From positions 3,720,001 to 3,784,000 of the forward strand of contig CP110440.1 of assembly GCA_026914245.1 (NCBI GenBank): a stretch of 64,000 bases of DNA, written 5' to 3'. This DNA comes from Puccinia triticina (lineage: Eukaryota). The notes below the pieces were generated by a model. The model was given only the letters and a program-made list of their open reading frames with translations. It was not told the origin of the DNA and did no database searches. Shown here one piece after another: positions 22,601 through 33,861 of this stretch; within the stretch, counting starts at the first letter, position 1; each line of letters starts with the position of its first letter. The position numbers and the translations under genes were made by a program.

Positions 22601-25600
22601 CTGATGGGTAATACCTCCTTGGGGCTCAAAATATTTTTAGAGAGTTTATTGATATGGCAGAAAAAAACTGGGGGTGTTTGGAGCATTGTAGCTAAGGATT
22701 CAGCAGATTGCCTTTGTAGGAAATCCGCCAAATCAGCCCCCGGCTACACAAGGTATCACTGAGATGTGCTAATTCCGTGAAGCTCAATGTATCTTTTGAA
22801 GAGTGTATTTTTATTGAAGAAACAATTTGGGGCCATTTGGAGCACCTTAGATAAGGTTTTGCGGGATTTCCTTAGTAGGAAATCCGCCAAATCAGCCCCC
22901 AGCCACACAAGGTGTCCCTGAGGTGCGCTAATGCCATGAAGCTCAACATATGTTTTAAAGAGTCTATTATTATTGCAGAAACAATTTGGGGCCATTTGGA
23001 GCACCTTAGACAAGGTTTTGCGGGATTTCCTTAGTAGGAAATCCGCCAAATCAACCCCCTGTTCCGCAAGGCCTTCCTGATTGTTTCTACTGCTGTAAAT
23101 ATCAAAATATTTTCTAGAAAGTGTATCTAGAAGGCTGTAAAACATTGGGAGCGTTTGGGTGCTCCAGTGAGGAGATTTGAATATTTATTTATTTTTTGGG
23201 GTTTTTTGTCAGCCTTAGAGTCAACTCAGCTGACCTAAAGTCTGCCTTTTTCTACTTTTTACATATGAATTAATTCATATCTTTTTCATCTTAAGAGATA
23301 ACCTTGTTTTGACTTCATATTCTGTTTCCTCATGCAATTTTAACCCTAGTTACAACTTATCAATTCCTTGTAACTATACTCACCAGGGGGGAATGTGTGG
23401 CACTCTTCAGAGAGTGCCAGACCGTAATTTCTTTCAGTAACCCTGGCTGATGTCAACTGTAACTTGATGTTGGTCCCATGTTAATGTTGTGAAGAAGCAA
23501 GGCCAATCTCATGTGTTGGCTAAAACCATGTGAATTTGAAGTTCACATCAAGCGTTGGGGAACTCCATTTCAACTCAGGTTGAACAGATTTCACAACTAG
23601 TTTGGAATCCACATTGAACTCATCAGCTGCTGTCACCATGAATTTCATATATGGAATTTGGGCCTTGCAGGGCTTGACTCTTATGTTTGACAAGTGACAT
23701 GATTTCTTGTACCGTTTCCCAGTGGCTTGTTCAGCAACTGTGGGAGGATCAACCACCATGTTTGGTCCCACACCTTCAGGGCAGCAGGGATGCAATGGCC
23801 ACCAGAGAAGGCTCAGAAGTCTTGAGCCAGCGTTCATGATGACCCATGACATGTTTCAATGGCACATTCACCACCTGAGCTGCACTGTCTCTGAGAACTG
23901 TGTAATCATCAGATGTTGCACATCTGGCACATCTTACAGCCCAACATCCTGAATCCCTCCCCACTGACACATCCATATCATTCTTGCATGTATGTGGATC
24001 CATGGTGTGTTGTTTTTGAACAGTAAATTATGCTAGCTCCTGTTGTGTTATACATGAACCCACCTCAAAGGTTCCCCGGAGTAGTACCTGGTCCCTTGGC
24101 CTCCGGAAAAAAATGAGATCAGCCATGCTGAGTGGCTGAGATATGGATGGGTCTGTTTCTCCTTGCAAAAAAGCATGTCATCTCCCTCCACAAAGGACTG
24201 CTCAATCACCATCTACCAAATGCTGGCCCAACTTCAGGCCAGTGCCAGATACACAACTTATTCCCAGAAAACAGTGGGTCTGTAACCAACCACATGGGTC
24301 AGTTGGGAAAATTTTGGTCTGCATGGGTCCATTTCACTGCTCTGTGTTTGAGCATGAAACTTGTGAGAATGCACTTCACCTCACTGAAATTGTTAATATT
24401 GTTCTTTCAAAATTCCCACCCGCAAATCTCCATGTCATTCATGCTATGGGTTAGGGCTTCCTTGACCCAACTATGATAGGATACACCCACATACCTATTC
24501 TGCAGGATGACGAGCACTGCTGTCACTCCTCAGATACCTGCATTACAGCCACCACTATTGTGGTGAAACAGTGTAGGAGAGCCTGGCTACAACACATCAC
24601 CTGAAGGCCCAGCAGATCTCCCCTCCAAGTTCCCAAGCCAACCAAACTGACACAATGAGTGTCACACTACCTCCCCAAGATTTTAACCCTCGCCATGGGC
24701 GCTATGTTGTGATCTTCAGCTAGCTCCACATCCCATGCACTGTCCAGCCCCAATGAGCCACTCCACTGTACATCACAAAGCTAACATTAGATCTGTCTTT
24801 CTTGTGAAGTAGATTGGGTTTAAATGCTGTATTCCATGAGCCATCCTCCCTCCAATCTCATTTCCATGGACACCAGGAGCCCCATGCACCATGCAGACCA
24901 TGAATGAGCTGTGCTGGTTTATTGAGAGAATCAATAGATGGAATTTGATTTTGCTCCTTGGACTGGCTGTTAGTTTTGTGTATTGCTGCCACATGAGCTC
25001 ACTGGATTGTCATTATTTGCTCCTCCAATGTTTCCCGCTGTCCCATGGAGTGTCAAAGAGACTTCTGGCAGATTCAAGCCTGCCGACAATCCCATATATC
25101 CTGACACCCATGGATGTGTCTGTTATATTCATGCTGTCTCCTTCCCATACCACAAGATCCTGTGAGAGCTGACAGTCTCCTCAGCGCCTCATAGGCTGAA
25201 TGCAGTGTGGTAAATATTGCGCTTTGTGTGAGTCATCTGCGGCCCTTATAAAAGCCCTTGAGTGACAAGCAACCTTGAGACACTCATGATCAATTAATTG
25301 GCAGGATGGCCACCGCCAAACACAGTGTCCTTTTGCCCGCCCCCCCCCCTGTGACGTGCACACCAGGTTCCGCATAACGTGTGAGACTTTTGGGGTCAGG
25401 TTCTGCTCCAAAGGGGGGATCTTGTAGTGGTCCCTCATCAAAGTTGGGGTTGCGGGAACCCCAGTGTGATAGATGAATTTTGCATTACAATCTCGATGTC
25501 ATGTGATAGTCCACGTGCCCGCCACAGGAGGTGCCGGGTGGCTCTCGCGAGCACGAATGAAAGAAGCAACCCACAGAGGACAACTGTGATGTCCAATTTA

Positions 25601-26514
25601 ACAATACCCGCCGGGGTATTTTGAAAGACCCACCGGGTGAGGCGTCAATATCTCTGCGCCGGGAAATGTATCACACAACCTTGATCCCACTGTGCCCGCG
25701 CAGAATATGTGCAGCAAGCATTGCCAGTGATGTCAAATGGTGAGGGAAGGTAATTGGCCAACTGCGGTTGTCTTTTGAGACGTTGGAGTAGAGAGGGGTT
25801 TAGGGTCCGATGAGCCCACAAGAAAGAACACCTCCTTTTCGGGACACCAGGTGCAGATAAGGCAAGCTGGGGAACAGGCTGTTCCCCAGTTTCTGTTGTT
25901 ATTGGACTTGAGTTCGTGGCTGGGTAGCCCAGTGTGATGGTGCAGCAAGAAGCTATCAGAAGTTTGCCGCCATGTGGAAAACTGCTGGCAGCCGCACCCG
26001 CGTTTCACATCTGCACTGGAGCCTGATTTCGAGATGCGGTTGGCCATCCCAGGCAAGGTGGGATGTCCACCACGATGAACGGCCGTACAATTGGGTGGAC
26101 ATGTAGATCTGGAGTACAAAGGCCAACGGTACGTCACCGCTCCAAAGGTGAAAGGGTGTGGGGCCCCGGCAAGAAGCCATCACAACCCCACCATCAACCA
26201 AATTCGGGCCTACAAGAGCCAAAGCATTAGTCAGGGGGTGATGTGATGTGACGCAGGACCATGACCAGTGAAAGGGAAATGCAGAAGGGCCAGGATTTCC
26301 CCATGCAATCATTCATCCACCTGTTCAGTGACGTACATCAAGGACAGCTAATATGTGGATCTGAGCCTTTCTTACCAGGTCAAAGGCACACTTGGCGAGG
26401 CTCGGGCATGGGCACAATTTGGTCAGTCTAACCACAAGAGAGAGGTGGGTGACTTATGCCCAACATAAATATTTCGAGGACTGAAGGTCCCACTAATCCC
26501 TGATTCTCATCAAG

Positions 26515-27375
26515 ATGATTGAAGTCGCCGGGAATATTCATCTCGCCAACACCAATCGCACCCGGATAGAATGTGTTGGAGACGAGTTACACATCCAAAC
26601 TTGCCTTGTGTCTCATCAGCTCCCTCCTGAATCCTCATTTGCAGCCTACCAAGAGTATGAGGTTGTCCTCAAGTCTTCAGGGGCAACGGTTCCACCCATA
26701 CTATACGACTTCTGCACTCAATTATTTTTTTCTGGCCAACTATTTGTTCGATCTGGAGCCAGTCACCCAGTCATTCGTGTGGAGCGGCTCAACTGGCAGG
26801 TTCACCGGGGACACTTTCCTCTTGCTCACGAATTTCAACATGCACACGCTGTCGGCACGGTCTATGTTGTCAAGGTCCACATCAATCCAATTGTTGGCTG
26901 TGTGGGGTCTGTGGAAGTTGTGGATCAGGCCAAGAGTCAGGTCAGCATTTTCAAGCAGCATATTTCTGGTTATTCCGGAGCTACTGAAGTGAACATGTGC
27001 TGACGGTGATTGGGCTAGTCTAAACTTGGTCGAATCATGCTCGCGGCAACCAGCGCACAAGCCCACGGGATCTTTCAGACTACTAGACGAGGTGATTACA
27101 TCAGGTTTGGCGGTGTGGCAGGTCAAGCATCACTGTCGGGAAGCAGCTTACTTGCGTTGGGTGTGAGTGCAGTCAGCTTTTGTCTCAGAGTCTGTTGGCT
27201 GACAGTGCGTTGTTGGCAGGCGGAGCACGCTTCAAAGATAACCCGCTCCCAGAAGAGCCCCTACAACTTGAGGAACCATCCCAGCACACGATTCAAGCTC
27301 AAAGTCAAAGATTGGCAGAAACCGTCGAGGATCAGGCAAAAGAGGGAGAAGAGGCGTAAGACTTGGTTGGGATAG
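26515..27375 (+). CDS. Hypothetical 3-exon cargo gene; beta-rich protein with a basic C-terminal tail
   Basis: The ORF MIEVAGNIHL... continues across plausible introns (GTCAGC ~26941 to TAG ~27018; GTGAGT ~27164 to CAG 27220) to ...RQKREKRRKTWLG*. No family was recognised. Confidence 0.5.
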
Positions 27376-27822
27376 GGTTTTTCAGTGGAGGAGTCTTACA
27401 CTGCCCGGGTCATTATAATATCTATTCCTACTATCACCCCCTGTTATTGTCTGTTCAAGCTCGACGGCGGGTAATTCAGGCCATGCACTGCAGTTCTGGT
27501 TGCATGCGTTGCTCAGACACACATCCAAGGGCTGAAACTACCAGACCATGATTTTATGAAATGGAATCCTCACAGTTCCTTTCGTCTGGCAGAGGCTTAC
27601 CGTAATCCTGAGCATAGGGCATGTGCCTTGATAGGAAGCGCAAGGACCACTAAGGGTCAGAGGATTTAGTGCGCTGCTGCATTTTGTGACGGCACAGGCA
27701 CACATATGTGATAAGGGTGGCAGTGGAAAACCAGAAGGTACAGGTCTTGAGAGTATGTACAACGGGAAGCAAATGAGTGAGATAACTGGCAAATACACAA
27801 CACATGGCCCATTGTGGACCCT

Positions 27823-30329
27823 TTACTTAGACTGAGTAGCATGCGGGAGAAGAAAAGGGGAACTCGGTTTCCAGGTCTCCCACTGATTGAGGAAATCATT
27901 CGATATCACCTCTGCGAGCTCAATTTGTGTAGGCAATTTGATGTGAGCAAGGGGGCAGATCTTGTCTGGTGACTGGAATATTGGAGAGAAGATCTTGACC
28001 AGATATGCAAAGGTATTCTTCCAAATAGGTTCTCTGGGCACGTGGATGGTTGTTGAGTGCTGTTTGATGATTGACATCGCTTGGATGAATGACATACATG
28101 CCGAAGTTCCTGCAATCCGGTGGTCCCTCGATGTCACAAACAGACCCCGTACTCCCGCAAGGACGAAATAGATAAGTGGCTGATAATTTTGTTTTTTTTG
28201 ATATAGTTGGAGGTGGTGGGCGGCGTCTTCGGGGAGGCAAGCTACGTCTGAAGGATTGTCGGAAGTGCTAGCAACAGTTGTTTGGGGTGCGTCCTGAGGG
28301 GGCTGTCGATTGGCGCGGTTGTTTGCCTTCTTCTGAGCTGAGGTCAAGGGCGCCTCGCGAAGGTAGTGAGTTTGGTATATGATGTAAGTCATGATAACAT
28401 CTATGATGACATTGTGGAATTCGTGCAGCACATCAACCGAGTGGAGACGCTGCTTGCTCGGAGGCAAAGGGTTATCACTCTCAATCGATGAGGTAAAGGT
28501 GGATGAGGAGTTCTTGACAGTGTCGAGATAGCAGAGGGCATCTACAGCCTGAGTGACGTGATTGGTGCTGGGATTGGAGGTGACTAGAGGTGGTTTGAAG
28601 AGGTTGTCCGCCATCAACTCCACAGAAGCGGCAATAATCCTGGCCCATTCAATTTGCATGTATTGTGGCGGGTGCAGGAGGCGGAACAGGCAGCGAACAA
28701 GGACTGATTCTGGATGATTGGTCTTGGTAACCGTTGAGATGAAGGAGCCTGGTGGGAGATTTTTCTCCTTGTCGCCAAAACTGGTCAGCTTGGGAAAGTC
28801 AATCTGATCTGGGCAATACCATTGCTCATGTTGTGACGGCGCTAAAAACTGTGCGGCTGAGAAAAAACGGAGGGTTGTTTAAATGACTGGGCAGAAGGGA
28901 CCTTGAATCAACTATAAACTCACCCAGTGATGTGATACTCTCAATCCATGAAGTGTACGAGCAGGCTGTGCGTTGCAAGTGGTGGATTGATGGCGCGATG
29001 GGACTTTGAGGTTGGATGGCGTGTGCGCAATTGATAAGCAAGGGCGCTAGTGATTCCCAAGTAGTGCGATATTTCGCCCAAGAAGGTTTGGTGCCTTCAA
29101 AGGTATTGTGGATGCTGATGATGTGTGCGCGGATTGTGTCGAACTTGATGATTGTAAGCTTTCCCGCAGCCGTGTCTGGGGTGGCATCGTGTGGCTGACC
29201 GGCGATAGCGCTGGTGGTTGCGGTGGAGGTTTGTACTGGACGCTGCTCCGAGGCAAGAGGACTAGCTTTGCGACTCGCGGGGTTGAACAAAGCAGGAGAT
29301 GCACGTTGCCCGCTTTGATTGTCATTTGGTTGCAAAGGTGAATTGGGAGAAGTTTGATTGGGTGATGTCACAGTTCCGATTTGCGGTACCGCATTCCGGG
29401 TGGAATTGCTTGAAGCAGGCGACGTGAGAGGAGACCATGGCTCAAAAGTTCTGGCACCTGAAAGTACCGTAGTGCTTGGCGTTTCACCGATGTTCATGTC
29501 CGGGAGCGGCGTGCTGGTCTGGGGTGTAGAGGTCAGAGGTTGTCTCACTCCAGCCAAAGATTGGTAGCCAGTCGCGGAAGCTGGGGCCATGCAATCAGGA
29601 GGAAGGTTGGAACTGTCACGTGTGCCCGTGTCCGACGCAATCGATGGGTTATTTGGGTTGCTGGCGAGCAGATTCACGGCCTTGGTGGATGTGGAGCGTG
29701 GCTTACGGCTTGAACGAAGTTTTTGGCGCGATTTGGAAGTCTTGTTGGCGGTTGAGGGGCCGGCTTGGGAGAGGTCGGTGATTTTGATGTCCTCATCGTC
29801 AGAAACAACACCTGTGGCTTCCCATCCTATGGTAGAGAGGTGTCAGTGAACAGCAAACAGCAATGATGCAAGGGGGGATGTTGAAGGGGCTGACGGTGTT
29901 TTCTTTTGGAGAGAGAAGCTGCAAGTTCTTCTGCCATACGTTTACAGCTGCGGGGAAGCTTAAGGGAAAGGATCTCTTTGGTTGAGCGGGCGGCAGCTTC
30001 AATAGAACGACTGAATTCTTCCGGGGTAATTTCTTGGATTTCAGTGCGAAGGATGGATTCCTCAGGATTTAACAAACGCTGGGGTGCACCAAAGGCCGAC
30101 TGGAGTGCAAATTGCGTGAAAGACGGTGCGGGGAGTGGTTTGGGCGGGAGGTTCTGCTCAACTTCATATTCGGCTATGACAAACATAGACACAAGACAAT
30201 CAGGATCGAGTGGCTAGCTAGACAGGAAAAAGTCTCCTTACTCGGAGGTGGAGTGGATGACATTGCGCGAGGAGGGTCTTCAGCAGGAGATCTTGAGGTT
30301 GGTAGGCCTGGCTGCTCGGAATCATCCAT
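27823..30329 (-). CDS. Hypothetical multi-exon cargo gene (S/P/T-rich region plus helical C-terminal domain)
   Basis: TATAAAA at ~30456-30462 on minus and ATG at 30329 (MDDSEQPG...). A GTAAGG donor lies at ~30241. Co-oriented ORF blocks at 29827-30192, 28826-29677 and 27823-28659. Exon boundaries are approximate. Confidence 0.55.
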
Positions 30330-31776
30330 GGTTGGGTGTGAGAGGTTGGTCGTGTGAAGTTGGTGTGTGCGGTGTCAGGCGTTGGGAAGGCGAGTTGGAG
30401 CAGAATGAGACGAAGCGATGGGGGACAGGAGAGGCCAGCGTGATTGGGAGTGGGGCTTTTATAGACAGCACCAGTCCTTTGTGATGTGGCCGAGAGTTTT
30501 GTGCGCACATGCAGCCTACCTTTCATTGAGGGTGCAGCCATTGCCACTCTACCCGCCGCTGACGCAATCTCACATGAATATGTTTGGTGGACATTAGAGA
30601 AAGGCCTGTTTGGGAGTTGATGACACAGGGCTGACGTGAGCAGCTACAATCTACTGTGTGTAGCTCACAGAATGGATCATCATGAGTGGGTCAGCGCTGG
30701 TCCCACATGCGTCGCACGGCTGAGGGATTCACTGGATGTGGTGGGCCAAAGGCCACAGCAGATACGCTCAACATCTCCTCCAGGATTGGGCATGCCGATG
30801 GGGATTGATGGGAAGCAAGGCGCTCGATTCCAACCTCTCTACCACACATGTCTACCGCAACGTACGGCCGTACATGACGGTGGACAACACGTGAGTTTCA
30901 CCAGATACCCGCTCCCACTCACGTCAACGAGGTCCCCTGTGCCACGCAGAGGGGAACCCGTCGGGTCTGGACCGGGAGGTGCTACAGTGAATCGATGCCT
31001 CTGTATGCGGCGCAGCTGGCACCACCTATGCAAGGGAGCCTGGCCACCTGCGGTCCGTGGAGAGCCTGGCAAATTACCGCACGTGCGCGGCAACTGCTGC
31101 GCGTATGGGTCTGTCGCGCAAGACACGCCCTGTGCACTTGTCCACCGTCATGCACGGCCGTACGTTGCGGTAGACATGTGTGACATGTCTGCACATGTCC
31201 ACCGCAACGTACGGCCGTACATGACGGTGGACAAGTGCACAGGTACCTCCCAGATGGTCTTCCATCCACAACAGTGACACTCGCGACTCACGGGTTAGCT
31301 GCAACTCATGGAAGCCATAACCCAGGCCAGCATGATTGTGCCACTGTAGCAAGCTACAGCCATGGCGAAAGGGAGGTAGACACAAAAGGTGGCAGGCATT
31401 CTGAACCTTCCCACTGGTCCTCACTTGTCCACCGTGATGTTCGGCCGAACGTCGCGGTGGACATCCGACTGCGTGCAGGCCTGCTTGTATGATCGTCTTC
31501 CACCAGAAGGTTGGAGCCAGCCAACCAGATCTCACTCTTGACTTAGGGGACAGGGTACATGCTCCTAACATCACATGCATTCAAGCTCAGAGGCACATGT
31601 CAGGGCTCCACAGGCAATTGGCCACGGGGGAGCTGGGGACCAGAATTTCACTGTTTCTGTCATCAACCATGAGCGAGCTAACAAGGGACAAGGGGGCATA
31701 AGTTGTAACACTGTGATAATCATCAAGACATGTAAGGTTATGGCATTCAGAACACGGAATCAACTATGGCAGTCAG

Positions 31777-33477
31777 TCATGCATCCATTTGCATGGAGCC
31801 GCCAGGTGCGTCGGTCGAATCTCCGCCTGCCCCCCCTCCCCCAGAATGGCGGGGTCCAGCGTTGGATAGATCGGGGTTGTGAGGCGCGCTACCCGGTGGA
31901 TTACTGGGGCCAACTTGACGGGAGCACTTTTGTTGCATGCTCCTAGCAATCACATTTAGACCAATGGCTGGGACCTTAGAGATGGTCTCTTGTTCGAATG
32001 AACCTAGCTTATTCCAGTAGATTGGGCTGTAACAGTCGAGAGGCAGACCGCGTGGGACGCCAACGATCCCTTTAGTAGTTTTGAAGTTCCGTGCGGAGCG
32101 TCGGTAGATTTTGTTGTTTGCAGCAATCGTTTTGGGGTGTTCTGCGCAAGCCATAACCATCTTGTCAAGATGGTGTAAGATTGTGGTAAGGTCGTTGCTA
32201 CGCCAGTCCGGGATGAGTGTAATCGGTGCGCCTTTGTCCGGCCCATCTTCAATATCAGATCCGCACTCTCTCTGCTCCACGATATGCGCCAGTTGGATGT
32301 TCTTTTCAAAGACTCTTGCCGCGATAGCACATCGGTTATCCTTAATCTGTCAAAACACCGACATTTAGCTTAACCACCATTTGAGGGGAGCAAGGAAAAT
32401 GATTGCAAGTCATTATTTACCTTCTTCCGCCATCGCATGTATTGCTCCTTGGTGGATTTAGCGCTCTTCAACTTGTCGTATTCCTCGACATTCATGTTCT
32501 GAAAATCTCGCATTTCGCGTGATTTGGTTGCAAGCCACCGGCCAAGGATTCCAGGCGCCTGACCTGCTTGGGTGTCTGTGATGGGTGCCGTGCGCCGCAT
32601 CCACTCGACGGCCTTTGATGCTAAGACCTCAATGACAGCTGAGTTCCATGACAAAGTATCGCCGGTGTGGCCGACATCCCATTGAAATGTGACTCTGGAG
32701 ATACCCGACAAGGTCATCGCCCTCTCGACTTCGGATTTAGTGTGAGGACTGATGGGACGAACGCTTTTGCCCGTAGCTTTTGAGACCGCAGGAGTGAATG
32801 GCGGTAACGGAATGTTGCGCCGGATTTCCTTCTCAGCGACCCCGACATAATAATTGATCTCGGCTGCTGGTTTGCCAACAAGAGCTTTGCGCACCCTGTT
32901 GAGTTGCTTGTTGATGACCGCACTCCTCTTCTCCACCCAATGTTGGCCGGCCAGTTCCTCGGGAGTTGGCGCTTGAGGGTAGTCTTGAGGTTTCTCCGGC
33001 TGACCAAGAAAGAACTTGACAAAATTTTGGATACTTCTCGAGAACTTGTCGTAATGCTCCGGGAGAGGTGCCTTTGCTGCAATTCCCCTCACACGCCGGG
33101 ATGATCGCCGCTCGCTCTCATGCTCTTCAGCCTGATTGCGAGCTTTCCTGGCGTTGGCAACAACAAACTCGGGATCCAAGCGCGAGGGGTCGTCAAGGTC
33201 AGCGGGAAGCTGAGCCGCAGCGGTGGCATTAGGGTCTGCACACAAATAATGAGGCAGTCAGTCACTTTATCCAAGTTTTCTGAACAGTAGAACTCCACAA
33301 GCCTTGCTGATTGGTCTGCATCACTGTTTCACCCGGGGCGGCGGTGCTCCGCTGTTGAAATTCAGGGACAAGCCGATCCACCAGACTCAAGATCCAACCC
33401 TCGTCATGCCCAGGAAGAGAGTCTCCATTGGCATTGCTTCCAGGTTGTTCGGCCGAAGTAGCATTGTTGGTACTCAT
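31777..33477 (-). CDS. Transposon-associated unknown protein, paralog A (3 exons)
   Basis: ORF blocks 33262-33477, 32370-33245 and 31777-32280 are separated by short intron-like gaps. The motifs TFQWD...SWN, DWRSNDL...HLD and VPRGLPLDCY are shared with 39247-40354. Confidence 0.65.
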
Positions 33478-33861
33478 ATTTGAAGGGTCAAAATGGTCGC
33501 TGGTGGGCAAGTGCAAAGACACACTCAAAGCAAAGTAGAAGGACTGATCACGTTGGTGTAGACAAATAGGCAGGGGGTGTATAAGTCTACGTGTACAATT
33601 TGAGTGCGAGGAAAGGATGGAGCATCAGGATGGGGGACGGTGTGTCTGAAGTGGGTCTGAATTTCTACATCTATCGAGATTTCAGACACACGTCAAGCAG
33701 GCATGCAATACAACTTGGAGGCCGTTTGGCCTTTGTTGGAGATAAGCTGGGTGCGGGGAACGGGATCCCGTCAAAAACATCACAAAGGGTTGTACCAAAT
33801 GGCTTGCCTGCATTGCCCAACTGATGAGCCATGTGTGGACACTGCGTAGTTCAACTATCCA

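Noticed and set aside
23430..26000. Possible additional cargo genes at the left end of the giant element
   Set aside because: Only short fragmented ORFs in CpG-depleted DNA are present. It may be a decayed gene, but I cannot support a model.
30636..31580. ORFs containing VHRxVRPxVxVD repeats
   Set aside because: The peptide repeat is the translation of the 38-bp DNA palindrome and appears on both strands.
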